From assembly GCA_963734535.1 (NCBI GenBank), contig CAVTHS010000011.1, forward strand, positions 128,001 through 192,000: a stretch of 64,000 nt of DNA, read 5' to 3'. Of the stretch, positions 10,592-19,692 are shown piece after piece. Origin of the DNA: an uncultured Chloroflexia bacterium (GTDB taxonomy: Bacteria > Chloroflexota > Limnocylindria > Limnocylindrales > CSP1-4). Positions within the stretch are counted from its first letter, which is position 1; every line of letters begins with the position of its first letter. Below the pieces are notes generated by a model. The model worked only from the letters and a program-made list of their open reading frames with translations. It was not told the origin of the DNA and searched no databases. The position numbers and the translations under genes were made by a program.

Positions 10592-11337
10592 CGAATCGAT
10601 CCTCCGCTCAGGGCGGTTCCGGGTGCGTGCGCCCCGGTCCACGCCCGGCTGACGGCCGCGAGCATCGCCCCCATCATCGCGACCGGGTCGGCAGCCTTGA
10701 GGATGCCGCTCGACGACCCGGTTCCGCCCACCCCGAGGCCCATCATGTGGGTCACGTCGTCGGGCGTCCCGATCCCGGCGCCGCACATCACGATGATGTG
10801 GGGGTCGATGCGGCCCACCATCTCGACCGAGCGCTCGACGAAGCCGCGCATCTCAGCGGCCGCCGACCGACTGGTCGCGATGAGCTCGGGCGGCTCGGCC
10901 AGGACGATGTCCGGGCCCAGCTGGGCGATGGCCGCCGCTTCCTCCGGCGAGTCGGCGAAGACCATCGTGGCGAGGCCTACCTGATCAGCTCGCCGGATGG
11001 CCCGGTTGATGTCGCCGAGGGTCATCCGCCGTTCCGAATGGTTGAGCAGCGTGCCCACGGCCCCGGCCTCCCGGATCGCCTCGGGCAGGACGCTCCCGAC
11101 GCCGCGGCCGACGCTGACCGGGTCCATGTGCTGGGCGAAGACGAGCAGGTGGGTGGTCGCCTGCGCCACGGCCGGGATGTCGACGCACTGGGGATCGAAG
11201 ATGACCGTGACCCCGAGCTCCCTCCCGAGGCGATCCGCCGCGGTCGCCAGGCGGACCGCTTCGGCTCCGTACGCGTAGCCCTTCAGACCGATCTCGAAGA
11301 CGGGCGCTCGAAGGCGGGGCCGACCTGCCGTGCTCAC
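10588..11337 (-). CDS. Triosephosphate isomerase, short archaeal-type
   Basis: GLKGY (N-x-K variant), FAQHMD, GTLLNHSERR, AEPPELI, CGAGI. Confidence 0.85.
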   Translation of the reverse strand: MSTAGRPRLRAPVFEIGLKGYAYGAEAVRLATAADRLGRELGVTVIFDPQCVDIPAVAQATTHLLVFAQHMDPVSVGRGVGSVLPEAIREAGAVGTLLNHSERRMTLGDINRAIRRADQVGLATMVFADSPEEAAAIAQLGPDIVLAEPPELIATSRSAAAEMRGFVERSVEMVGRIDPHIIVMCGAGIGTPDDVTHMMGLGVGGTGSSSGILKAADPVAMMGAMLAAVSRAWTGAHAPGTALSGGSIR

Positions 11338-12722
11338 ACCACGACCGCCTCGACACCCAGCATCCGCGCCAGATGGAGGAGCTGGGCCGTCCAGCGCCCC
11401 CGGGCGGCGCCCATGTGATGGGTCGCGCCGGCGCGCAGCCAGCCGTCACACCAGTCGGCGATCGGGAGGGTGTCGTGCCTGAACAGCGTCTGCGGCGCCG
11501 AGATGGAGCGCGGCGGGAAGGGCAGGAGCTGGCCCTCGGAGATCACGAAGCGCCAGTGCCCGTCACCGACGATGACCAGGGCGAGGTTCGTGATGGGTCC
11601 GGATTCGTACGCGAACTCGAAGCCCGCCCCGAACCCGTGCACACCCGAGTAGTAGATCGAGTGCTTCACCTTGACCGCGCCGGGCGTGCCCATGCCGGGG
11701 TTTCCGTGACCATCGTGCGAGAACATCACGGCCTGGTTGTCGAAGTCGATGACGTAGTTCTCGAGGGTCGTGGCCTGGCCCGCGAGCTCCTGCAGGATCA
11801 GCTGCGCGACCGCGGTGTTGACATCCCCTTCGGGCGACGCCGGGATCCCGTTGGCGCACAGGCGGCCCGTCGCATACGAGGGGATGATGCCCACCCGCGG
11901 ATCGGTCAGCCAGACCTGGTCGAATGCCGTGAAGGCGTCGAATCCGTGCTCGCGGACCACCGACTCGAGGGCGAGGGCGAGACGGACGGACCGCTCGAAG
12001 AGGGCGGGCTCCATCTCGACGCTGGAGCGGGCCCGCTCGGCGGCCATCCCGGCCTCGACGTCCGCCTGCGCGATCTCGCCGAAGCGCACGGCGACCTTCT
12101 CCGGCTCGAGAGGCCAGACAACCGGGCCGATCGCCTGGCGAAGCGAGAGGCCGTCGAACATGAGATCGGTCATGCCTTCGAACGGGTGGCCGACCAGCGC
12201 GATCCGGGCGTCGCGCAGGCGCCGCCGGACCGCCGCCGCTGCGATGACCTCACCCACCCGCCGGCGCCCGTCCGGATCGTCGAAGCGAGACGTGACGATC
12301 GCGAACTCGCGCTTCGTTCGGACCAGGACGGCCGTGAGCTCCGGCATGCCTGCCATGCCGCTGTTGAGCATCACGACGTCGAACCCGTCGTCCTCCCCCA
12401 GGCGCGAGATCATCTGCGTGTTCCAGACCAGGACCGGGGCGGTCGTGTCGAGCAGGCAGCGGGCCGGCACGAGGCCCTTCGTGTAGGCGAGCTCGAGGGC
12501 GACGATGACGTCGACATCCTCGGCGTTGAAGAGGCGGGCGGCCGCCGCGGCCTGCGCCTCCTCCTCCACGAGGCCCGCGGGCACGACATCGCCGTACGCG
12601 GCCAGGGCGTCGGCGATCACCTGGGCGGCCGCCGTCGCGGCTGGTCGCATGTGAGCGGTCTTGTTGTAGTCGTCCTCGAGGAGCGCCATGACGAGGACGC
12701 CGATCTTCGGTTTGACTGCCAT
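11334..12722 (-). CDS. L-fucose/L-arabinose isomerase family protein
   Basis: PEGDVNTA, SHDGHGNP, GATHHM; sugar cluster context. Confidence 0.75.
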   Translation of the reverse strand: MAVKPKIGVLVMALLEDDYNKTAHMRPAATAAAQVIADALAAYGDVVPAGLVEEEAQAAAAARLFNAEDVDVIVALELAYTKGLVPARCLLDTTAPVLVWNTQMISRLGEDDGFDVVMLNSGMAGMPELTAVLVRTKREFAIVTSRFDDPDGRRRVGEVIAAAAVRRRLRDARIALVGHPFEGMTDLMFDGLSLRQAIGPVVWPLEPEKVAVRFGEIAQADVEAGMAAERARSSVEMEPALFERSVRLALALESVVREHGFDAFTAFDQVWLTDPRVGIIPSYATGRLCANGIPASPEGDVNTAVAQLILQELAGQATTLENYVIDFDNQAVMFSHDGHGNPGMGTPGAVKVKHSIYYSGVHGFGAGFEFAYESGPITNLALVIVGDGHWRFVISEGQLLPFPPRSISAPQTLFRHDTLPIADWCDGWLRAGATHHMGAARGRWTAQLLHLARMLGVEAVVV

Positions 12723-12767
12723 CGATTGCCTCCCGGGTATCGCCTGCGTTTGTCTGAAGGGATCGGG

Positions 12768-14297
12768 TCAGCCGGGCCGCCCGTCGGTCGAGAAGAGCGG
12801 GCGGAGCGTGTCGAACAGCCGGATGTAGCGGCCATAGGCGTCGTCGTAGGCGGCTCGCGTCGTCGGATCCGGCTCGTATCGGTCCCCGACGACGACCATT
12901 GCCGCGCACGCAGCCTCGAGATCGGGGAAGATGCCGGCCGCCACGCCCGCGATCATCGCATCTCCCCGGACCGCGGCCGAGTCACCCTCCAGCGTGACGA
13001 CGGGCAGCCCGCAGGCGTCCGCCTTGATCTGGTTCCAGAGGGCGCTGCGGGAGCCCCCGCCGTGCGAGCGGACCTCGGTGGCCGCGGCGCCGGCGCCCGC
13101 GAGCAGGTCCAGGTTCCGGCGCAGCATGAAGGCGACCGCTTCGAGCACCGCCCGCACGAAGTGCGGCCGGCCGTGGTGGAGGGTGAACCCGTAGAAGACG
13201 CCGCGGGCCTCCGGCTCGTACTCCGGGCTGAACGCGCCCATGAGGTGGGGGAGCATGGTCAGGCCCTCCGCACCGGGCGCGACGCCGGCCGCGAGCCCGG
13301 TCAGCAGGTCGTAGGCGCTCGATCCATCGCGAGCGGCGCGGGCGACCTCCTCGCCGCCGAACTGGTCGCGAAACCAGGTCAGCGCCAGCCCGCCCGTCGG
13401 ACAGACCGGGCAATACAGGTACCGGTCCGGGGCGGAATGCACGTAGACGGGGGTCTGTCCGGTCGGATCGCCGCCGTGGTGATCGACCGACGCCTGGAGC
13501 GTGAGCGCGCCGCCGGTGCTCTCCGAGATCATGCCGCTGCCGACGTTCCCGACGCCGACCGCACCGGCGCCCTGGTCCATCCCCGCGGCGACGACCTTGA
13601 CGCCGGCCGGCAGGCCGAGCGCCAGCGCCGCATCTGGCGCAAGGGAGCCGACGACCGTTCCCGGCCGGACGATCTCGGGCAGCTGCCCGGGCCCGACGCC
13701 CACTGCATCGAGCATCGCCTCCCACCAGCCGCCGGAACGAATGTCGAAGAGCAGCGACGTGGACTGCACGCCGCCCTCGGTCACGTATCGCCCGGACAGG
13801 CGGTGCAGGATGAAGTCCTCGACAAGCAGGAAGTGGCGGGCGCTGGCAAACAGGTCGGGCTCGTGCCGGCGCCACCAGAGGAGCTTGCAGGCGGTCCATG
13901 TCGGCGTGATCGCCGGGATGCCGGTCCGGTCGTAGACCGCCGCGCCATCGAATTGTCCGGCGAGCTCGTCGGACTCGGCCAGGGCCCGGTTGTCCAGCCA
14001 GACGATGGCCGGGCCCAGCGGCCGGCCGCGCCCATCGACGGCGACGACCGTCTCGCCCTGGCTGGAGACGGCGATTGCCGACACGCGGCCTGGCTCCACG
14101 CCCGCGGCGCCGAGCGCCTGCCGGATGGCGCTCGCCGTCGCACTCCAGTAGATCTCGGCGTCGAGCTCGGCCCGATCCGGTGCCGGATGGGCAATCCGAT
14201 ACTCGTGCCCCGCGACCGCGAGCACTCGCCCGGAGGCGTCGTAGACGCCGGCCTTGACCGCCGTCGTCCCGATGTCGAGGCCGACGAGAAGGGGCAT
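12768..14297 (-). CDS. FGGY-family carbohydrate kinase (xylulokinase-like)
   Basis: GLDIGTTAVK, WLDNRA, GMDQ, RAVLEAVAF, GGGSRSALWNQIKAD. Confidence 0.92.
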   Translation of the reverse strand: MPLLVGLDIGTTAVKAGVYDASGRVLAVAGHEYRIAHPAPDRAELDAEIYWSATASAIRQALGAAGVEPGRVSAIAVSSQGETVVAVDGRGRPLGPAIVWLDNRALAESDELAGQFDGAAVYDRTGIPAITPTWTACKLLWWRRHEPDLFASARHFLLVEDFILHRLSGRYVTEGGVQSTSLLFDIRSGGWWEAMLDAVGVGPGQLPEIVRPGTVVGSLAPDAALALGLPAGVKVVAAGMDQGAGAVGVGNVGSGMISESTGGALTLQASVDHHGGDPTGQTPVYVHSAPDRYLYCPVCPTGGLALTWFRDQFGGEEVARAARDGSSAYDLLTGLAAGVAPGAEGLTMLPHLMGAFSPEYEPEARGVFYGFTLHHGRPHFVRAVLEAVAFMLRRNLDLLAGAGAAATEVRSHGGGSRSALWNQIKADACGLPVVTLEGDSAAVRGDAMIAGVAAGIFPDLEAACAAMVVVGDRYEPDPTTRAAYDDAYGRYIRLFDTLRPLFSTDGRPG

Positions 14298-14322
14298 CAG
14301 CCGGGCCGAGGCAGTGGCGGCG

Positions 14323-15132
14323 TCAGTCGAGCCCGTGCTTCGCCGCGGCAACGGCCGGCTCCGCGCCGTTCTTGACGACCTCCTGGAGCGCCTCCAGGAA
14401 CCGCTCCGGGCTGCGCGCCCCGATGACGTTCCGCCCGAAGACGACGCCCCGGGCGCCATCCCTGATCGCAGTCGCGGCCAGCTCGAGCGCGTCGACCTCG
14501 CGCGGCAGCTTCTTCGATCCGAGCGCCAGGATCGGCACCGGCGTCGAACGGACGATCTCGGCGAAGCGCTCGCCCGTGTGGAAGGTCTTGACCAGGTCGG
14601 CGCCGAGCTCGGCGGCGATCCGGCAGCCGATCGAGATCTGCTCGTGACGCTCCTCGGGGGTCACATCCTCGTGGCCGGCCGGGTAGACCTCGCCGACGAT
14701 CGGTACGCCGACCTCGCGCTTCTCGGCCACGCAGCGGGCAACCTGGGCCACGTTCTCCGCGTCGACCGCCTCGGAGCCCGTCTTGATGGACATCCCGACC
14801 AGGACGATGTCGGCTCCCAGGGCAACGGCCTGCGCCGCCGAGATCATCGGCACGCTTCGGCTCTCGTGGTAACCCCACTGGGTTGCGTACTGGGTGCCCC
14901 AGTTGAGTCGGAGCATCAGCGCCGGTGCGCCGCGGTGCTCGAAGACGGACCGGACGTGCGGCACCATGCCCGGGCTCAGGAGGATCGCGTCGGCGCCGCG
15001 CAGCTGGTCCACGATCGGGGCAAGGTTCTCGAAGCCCGGCCGCGGCCCGTTGTAGAGGCCGTGGTCGATGGCGACCACGACGACGTTCTGCCCGCCGTCG
15101 AACAGCCGCTGGAGCCTGATCGACTCGCCCAT
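14323..15132 (-). CDS. Class I aldolase, DhnA/LsrF family
   Basis: VAIDHG, AAELGADLVKT (Schiff-base Lys), GVVFGRNV. Confidence 0.88.
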   Translation of the reverse strand: MGESIRLQRLFDGGQNVVVVAIDHGLYNGPRPGFENLAPIVDQLRGADAILLSPGMVPHVRSVFEHRGAPALMLRLNWGTQYATQWGYHESRSVPMISAAQAVALGADIVLVGMSIKTGSEAVDAENVAQVARCVAEKREVGVPIVGEVYPAGHEDVTPEERHEQISIGCRIAAELGADLVKTFHTGERFAEIVRSTPVPILALGSKKLPREVDALELAATAIRDGARGVVFGRNVIGARSPERFLEALQEVVKNGAEPAVAAAKHGLD

Positions 15133-15218
15133 CGACACGCTGGAACCTCCTTCGGACGGACGGCGGTGAGTGCCGACGCCGCACGCGAGGACGCACATGA
15201 TGCGGTCCTGCCAGCGGG

Positions 15219-15264
15219 AATCTATCACGGGACCGTCGTCCGTCAACCGAACATGTTCGGATTG
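15219..15264 (-). promoter_or_regulatory. Promoter of the catabolic operon with an adjacent palindromic operator candidate
   Basis: Minus strand TTGACG-N16-TAGATT; perfect palindrome CCGAACATGTTCGG at 15247-15260 abuts the -35. Confidence 0.55.
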
Positions 15265-15360
15265 GTGCGCGGATGGCGTCGGTTCAGTGCTCGGCGGGGG
15301 CGCGGGAAGCAGCCCGGCCCCCCGTGGTGTCCGCCCGGCCGAGTAACCGACGATGTCGGA

Positions 15361-15389
15361 TTGACGTTCGTTTCGCGTCGGGATATAAA
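15361..15389 (+). promoter_or_regulatory. sigma70-type promoter of the sugar ABC operon
   Basis: TTGACG-N17-TATAAA. Confidence 0.7.
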
Positions 15390-15509
15390 CGGACCCAGCG
15401 CGTCAGTGCTCGAATCGGCCGCCGTGTCCGCCGCGACACGGGGTACGAGCGCATTGGCCCGGATCGGTCGAGATTCATCGCACGACCAGGCCGACTCAGG
15501 AGGGAACCG

Positions 15510-16874
15510 ATGGTTCACCGAAAGCTCGCCGCGGTCCTGTTCGCGGCGGTCATCGTGGCCGTCAGCGCATGCAGCGGCGGCGCCACGACCGCCCCAGCTG
15601 CCAGTCCTGCGGCCTCGGCCGGAGCCTCCGCCGCGGCGTCGTCGGCCCCGTCAACGGCAGCCTCGCCGTCGCCCGCGGCCCCGGTGACGCTGACGCTCTG
15701 GCACAACTATGGGACCGAGGCGAACGCGAAGGTGACCGACGCCCTGGTCAAGGCCTACATGGCGGCCCACCAGAACGTGACGATCCAGGTCGTGAGCCAG
15801 CCGGCGGACAACTACTTCGCCCTGCTCAAGACCGCCTCGATCTCGAAGACCGGGCCAGACCTCCTGACGATGTGGACCGGGCTCTTCGCCCTCCAGAACC
15901 AGGGCTTCCTCGAGCCGCTGAACCAGTACATCCCCGTCGACACCCTGAACAAGTTCGACGGGATCAACTGGTGTTCCAAGGACCTGAACGTCGCCTCCGG
16001 CGCCATCTGCGTGCCGCTGGACCTCCAGTTCTACAACGGCTTCTACAACAAGGCGCTCTTCGCGAAGGCGGGGATCACCTCGTTCCCGACGGACTGGACC
16101 GAGCTGTACGCTGCGTGCGACAAGCTCAAGGCGATCAACGTCCTGCCCTTCACCTACGGGACCGGCCTCCAGGCCCTCAACGCGGGCTTCTACCCGTACT
16201 ACGACCTGAGCTACATGATGATGATGTTCCCGGTCGAGGACTGGAAGAAGCTCTACAGCGGCGAGATTCCCTGGACCGATCCGCGGATCGTGGACCAGCT
16301 CACGAAGTGGGCCGCCCTCAAGACGAAGGGCTGCACCAACGAGGACGTGCTGGCGAACAACGAGTCCGTCTCCCAGTTCGAGTCCGGGAAGGCCGCCATG
16401 ACGATGGAGGGCTCCTGGGGTTTCCCGGAGTTCCAGGCCAAGCTCGGCGCTGACGCCGGAGTGTTCGTGGCGCCGTTCAGCGACACACCGATCAAGGGCG
16501 TCGTGGAGTTCCCCGGAAACGGGTTCGGCGTGACCAGCTACTCGCAGCACAAGGCGGAGGCAGCGGCCTTCCTCGCCTGGATGGTGACCCCGGACGCCCA
16601 GAAGATCATCGCGGACGGCGGCCTCATCCCGACCGTCGCCGGGACGGCGCCGACGCAGCCACTGGCCCTCGGGATGCTCGACTACGGCGCCACCAAAGGC
16701 TTCGCCCGCTACCCGATGATCGACAACGTCATCCAGCCCGAGGTCACGGACGTCGCCACGAAGGTGCTCGACGCCGTCCTTGCCGGGACGATGTCGGCCC
16801 AGGATGCGGCGAAGAAGATCCAGGACGCCCTCATGCAGCTGCCCGCGGATCGCCGCGGCTCCACCTACCAGTAG
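15510..16874 (+). CDS. Sugar ABC transporter solute-binding lipoprotein
   Basis: SD AGGAGG; lipobox VSAC; VTLTLWH, GPDL, FYNKALF, FESGKAAM. Confidence 0.92.
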   Translation: MVHRKLAAVLFAAVIVAVSACSGGATTAPAASPAASAGASAAASSAPSTAASPSPAAPVTLTLWHNYGTEANAKVTDALVKAYMAAHQNVTIQVVSQPADNYFALLKTASISKTGPDLLTMWTGLFALQNQGFLEPLNQYIPVDTLNKFDGINWCSKDLNVASGAICVPLDLQFYNGFYNKALFAKAGITSFPTDWTELYAACDKLKAINVLPFTYGTGLQALNAGFYPYYDLSYMMMMFPVEDWKKLYSGEIPWTDPRIVDQLTKWAALKTKGCTNEDVLANNESVSQFESGKAAMTMEGSWGFPEFQAKLGADAGVFVAPFSDTPIKGVVEFPGNGFGVTSYSQHKAEAAAFLAWMVTPDAQKIIADGGLIPTVAGTAPTQPLALGMLDYGATKGFARYPMIDNVIQPEVTDVATKVLDAVLAGTMSAQDAAKKIQDALMQLPADRRGSTYQ

Positions 16875-16890
16875 CGGTCTCTTGAACGGC

Positions 16891-16926
16891 CGACGACCGG
16901 CGCCGCCCACTCGGCGTCGGTCGTCG
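16891..16926 (+). terminator. Intercistronic stem-loop after the solute-binding protein gene (mRNA stabiliser or attenuator)
   Basis: CGACGACCGGCGCCG-6 nt loop-CGGCGTCGGTCGTCG; no U-tract. Confidence 0.55.
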
Positions 16927-16943
16927 TCGGATCAGCCGGCCGC

Positions 16944-17870
16944 ATGAGCCAGGCAACGCCCCTCGTCCGACCCGGCGCGCCCGCGGCGGTCCGGCGTCGA
17001 CCGGGCCCCTCGCGCCTGCGGGCCTCTCAGCGACGGGCGGGGGTCATCTTCGTCCTGCCGGTCGTCATCCTCGAGCTCGTGCTCCTGGGCCTCCCGGTCG
17101 CCCAGGCCTTCTACTACAGCCTGACGAACTGGGACGGGATCAAGGCGACGTGGGTCGGCCTCGGCAACTACCAGCGGCTGTTCGGCGACCCGACGTTCTG
17201 GCAGATCGTGGGCAACAACCTGCTGCTGCTTGCCTCGATCCCCGTTGCCATCCTGATCCCGCTGCTCGTCGCGTACCTCCTCAACGAGCGCGTGACCGGC
17301 TGGCGGTTCTTCCGTTCCGTCTACTTCCTGCCCACGGCGATCTCGTGGGTGGTGATCGGGATGGTGGCCATCCGCGTCTTCGCCAACCAGGGCATCCTCA
17401 ACGGCCTGCTGGCGCCGCTCGGCCTCCGTGTCGACATGCTGAGCCACGAGTTCACGGCGATGCTGGCCGTGATCATCACCTTCATCTGGTCCGTCTTCGG
17501 CACGAACACGATCATCTTCGTCACCGGGATGGCCACGCTCGACCGCGACATCTACGACGCGGCGCGGGTCGACGGGGCCGGCGCCCTGGCGACCTTCTGG
17601 CGAATCACGATTCCGATGCTGATGCGGTTCATCCAGTTCGCCTTCATCCTGACCCTGATCACCGCCTTCACGGCGCTCTTCAGCCTGATCTTCGTGATGA
17701 CCGGGGGCGGGCCTGGCTACGCGACGACCACGCTCGAGTTCTACGTGTACCAGCAGGGGTTCACGGTCGGCGTCTTCGGCTACGCGGCGGCCATCGGGAT
17801 GGTCCTGTTCGCGGTCGTCTTCGCGATCAGCCTCGCCCAGATCCGCTTCTTCCGCAGCAGGCTGGACTGA
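16944..17870 (+). CDS. Sugar ABC transporter permease (MalF-type)
   Basis: WVGLGNY; EAA loop IYDAARVDGA; GGGPG. Confidence 0.93.
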   Translation: MSQATPLVRPGAPAAVRRRPGPSRLRASQRRAGVIFVLPVVILELVLLGLPVAQAFYYSLTNWDGIKATWVGLGNYQRLFGDPTFWQIVGNNLLLLASIPVAILIPLLVAYLLNERVTGWRFFRSVYFLPTAISWVVIGMVAIRVFANQGILNGLLAPLGLRVDMLSHEFTAMLAVIITFIWSVFGTNTIIFVTGMATLDRDIYDAARVDGAGALATFWRITIPMLMRFIQFAFILTLITAFTALFSLIFVMTGGGPGYATTTLEFYVYQQGFTVGVFGYAAAIGMVLFAVVFAISLAQIRFFRSRLD

Positions 17871-17881
17871 GGGCCCGCCAG

Positions 17882-18697
17882 ATGGACCGCCTCCGTCGCC
17901 GAACGGGCCGCATCGTGACCTTCGCGATCCTCTCGATCGTGGGCCTGGTCATGCTCTTCCCGTTCGGGGTGATGGTGCTCCTCGCCTTCCGGTCGTTCGA
18001 CCAGTACATCGCCGGGGCGGGCTTCTCGCTCGAGAGCTGGCAGATCCTTTTCGCGACGATCCCGGTCATCCAGCAGCTGATCAACTCGACGGTGGTCACG
18101 GTCGGGGCGGTCGCGGTCATCGTGATCGTGAGCACCACCGGGGGCTACGCGTTCGCCAAGCTCGGGTTCCGCGGCTCGTCGCTGGTCCTGCTCGCCGTGC
18201 TCGCCGGGATGATGGTGCCGCTCCAGTCGATCATCATCCCCGAGTTCGTGAACGTGAGCCAGGCCGGGCTGATCAACCAGTTCCTCGGGGCGATCGTGGT
18301 CTACGCGGCGCTGGGGGCGCCGTTCGCGACATACCTGATGACGACCTACTACCGGGGCGTCCCTGACGAGCTCATCGAGGCGTCCCTGATGGACGGGGCG
18401 TTGTTCTGGCAGATCTTCACCCGGGTCATGCTTCCGATGAGCATCCCGGCCATCGTCACGGTGGCCGTGCTCCAGGTCATCCAGGTGTGGGACGACCTGC
18501 TGGTCGGCCTCCTCTTCCTCCAGACGCCCAACGTCCGGACCATCACCGTGGGGCTGGCAACGCTCCAGACCTCGCGGATGGTGAATGTCCCGGCGCTGAT
18601 GGCGGGATCGCTCGTGAGCGCGCTGCCCGCGATCGTCGTCTATCTCATCTTCCAACGCCACCTGGTGCGTGGCCTCACGATGGGGATCGGCAAATGA
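17882..18697 (+). CDS. Sugar ABC transporter permease (MalG-type)
   Basis: GYAFAKLGF; PDELIEASLMDGA; FQRHLVRGLTMG. Confidence 0.92.
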   Translation: MDRLRRRTGRIVTFAILSIVGLVMLFPFGVMVLLAFRSFDQYIAGAGFSLESWQILFATIPVIQQLINSTVVTVGAVAVIVIVSTTGGYAFAKLGFRGSSLVLLAVLAGMMVPLQSIIIPEFVNVSQAGLINQFLGAIVVYAALGAPFATYLMTTYYRGVPDELIEASLMDGALFWQIFTRVMLPMSIPAIVTVAVLQVIQVWDDLLVGLLFLQTPNVRTITVGLATLQTSRMVNVPALMAGSLVSALPAIVVYLIFQRHLVRGLTMGIGK

Positions 18698-19548
18698 GCG
18701 AGCCTGGAACCGTGGCGTTGCGGACGGGATCGGGCGCGCGCGCCGAGCCCTCGGCCACCGATGGCCGGCAGCCCTTCGGGGCACGCGAGCGCCGGGCGGA
18801 GATCGCGCGCCTCGTCGCCGAGCTCGAGCGCGTCTCCGTGGCGGACCTGACGGGCCGGTTCCTCGTCACGGACGCCTCGATCCGTCGCGACCTGGTGATC
18901 CTCGAGGGCGAGGGCCGTCTCCGCCGCGTGCACGGCGGGGCGGTGGGCGGCGCTGCGACGCGCCAGTTCGGGACCTACGCGGGCAAGGCCCGGGAGCGCC
19001 GCGCGGAGAAGGCACGCATCGGGGCGGCCGCGGCCGCGATGATCTCGGCCGGAGACGTCGTCTTCCTCGATTCCGGGACGACCGTGGCTGCCGTCGCGGC
19101 TCGAATCCCCGGCCCGCTTCGCCGCGCGAACGCGATCACGGTGGTGACGCATTCGCTGCCCGTGGTCGAGGAGATCGGGGCCTGGGAATCGCCGCACCTC
19201 ATCTGCCTGGGCGGCCTCTACCTTCCCGACTACCGGGCGCTGGTCGGCCCCCAGACCGTCGCCGGCCTCCGCGAGCTGTCCGCCGACGTCGTCTTCCTGG
19301 GCTGCGAGGGGCTGACCATCGGGGACGGCCTCACCACTCCGCACGTGCTCGTGGCGGAGGTCGGGGCGATCATGGCCGCCCGCGCGCGGCGGGTCGTGGT
19401 TGTTGCCGACGCGTCCAAGCTCGGGCAGGCCGGGTTCACCCCGATCGTCCCGCTCGCAGCCGTCGACACGCTCGTTACCGACAGCTCGGCGAATCCCGAG
19501 CACCTGTCCCGCATCCGCGCCGCCGGAGTGCAGGTGATCCTCGCCTGA
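18694..19548 (+). CDS. DeoR/GlpR family transcriptional regulator
   Basis: SIRRDL...RRVHGGA HTH; FLDSGTT; VADASK. Confidence 0.93.
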   Translation: MSEPGTVALRTGSGARAEPSATDGRQPFGARERRAEIARLVAELERVSVADLTGRFLVTDASIRRDLVILEGEGRLRRVHGGAVGGAATRQFGTYAGKARERRAEKARIGAAAAAMISAGDVVFLDSGTTVAAVAARIPGPLRRANAITVVTHSLPVVEEIGAWESPHLICLGGLYLPDYRALVGPQTVAGLRELSADVVFLGCEGLTIGDGLTTPHVLVAEVGAIMAARARRVVVVADASKLGQAGFTPIVPLAAVDTLVTDSSANPEHLSRIRAAGVQVILA

Positions 19549-19692
19549 CCGCCCGCGTGGTCGAGGGCCGGAGCTTTCGGCGGGCGCCGCGCCCGGTGAA
19601 CCGCTCCAGGCCGATATCGCGTTCTCGTCTGCGCCGGGCTCGACTCCGTCGCCGCGGCGGAGAACGGGCGGGTTCGGCCGTTCGCTGAGGGG

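Noticed and set aside
15248-15259. CGAAC-AT-GTTCG as a LexA (Cheo) box
   Set aside because: The spacer is 2 nt rather than the 4 nt of GAAC-N4-GTTC, and the context is sugar catabolism.
15510-18697. Sugar ABC operon lacking an ATPase gene
   Set aside because: This is common; such systems share an MsiK/MsmK-type ATPase encoded elsewhere.
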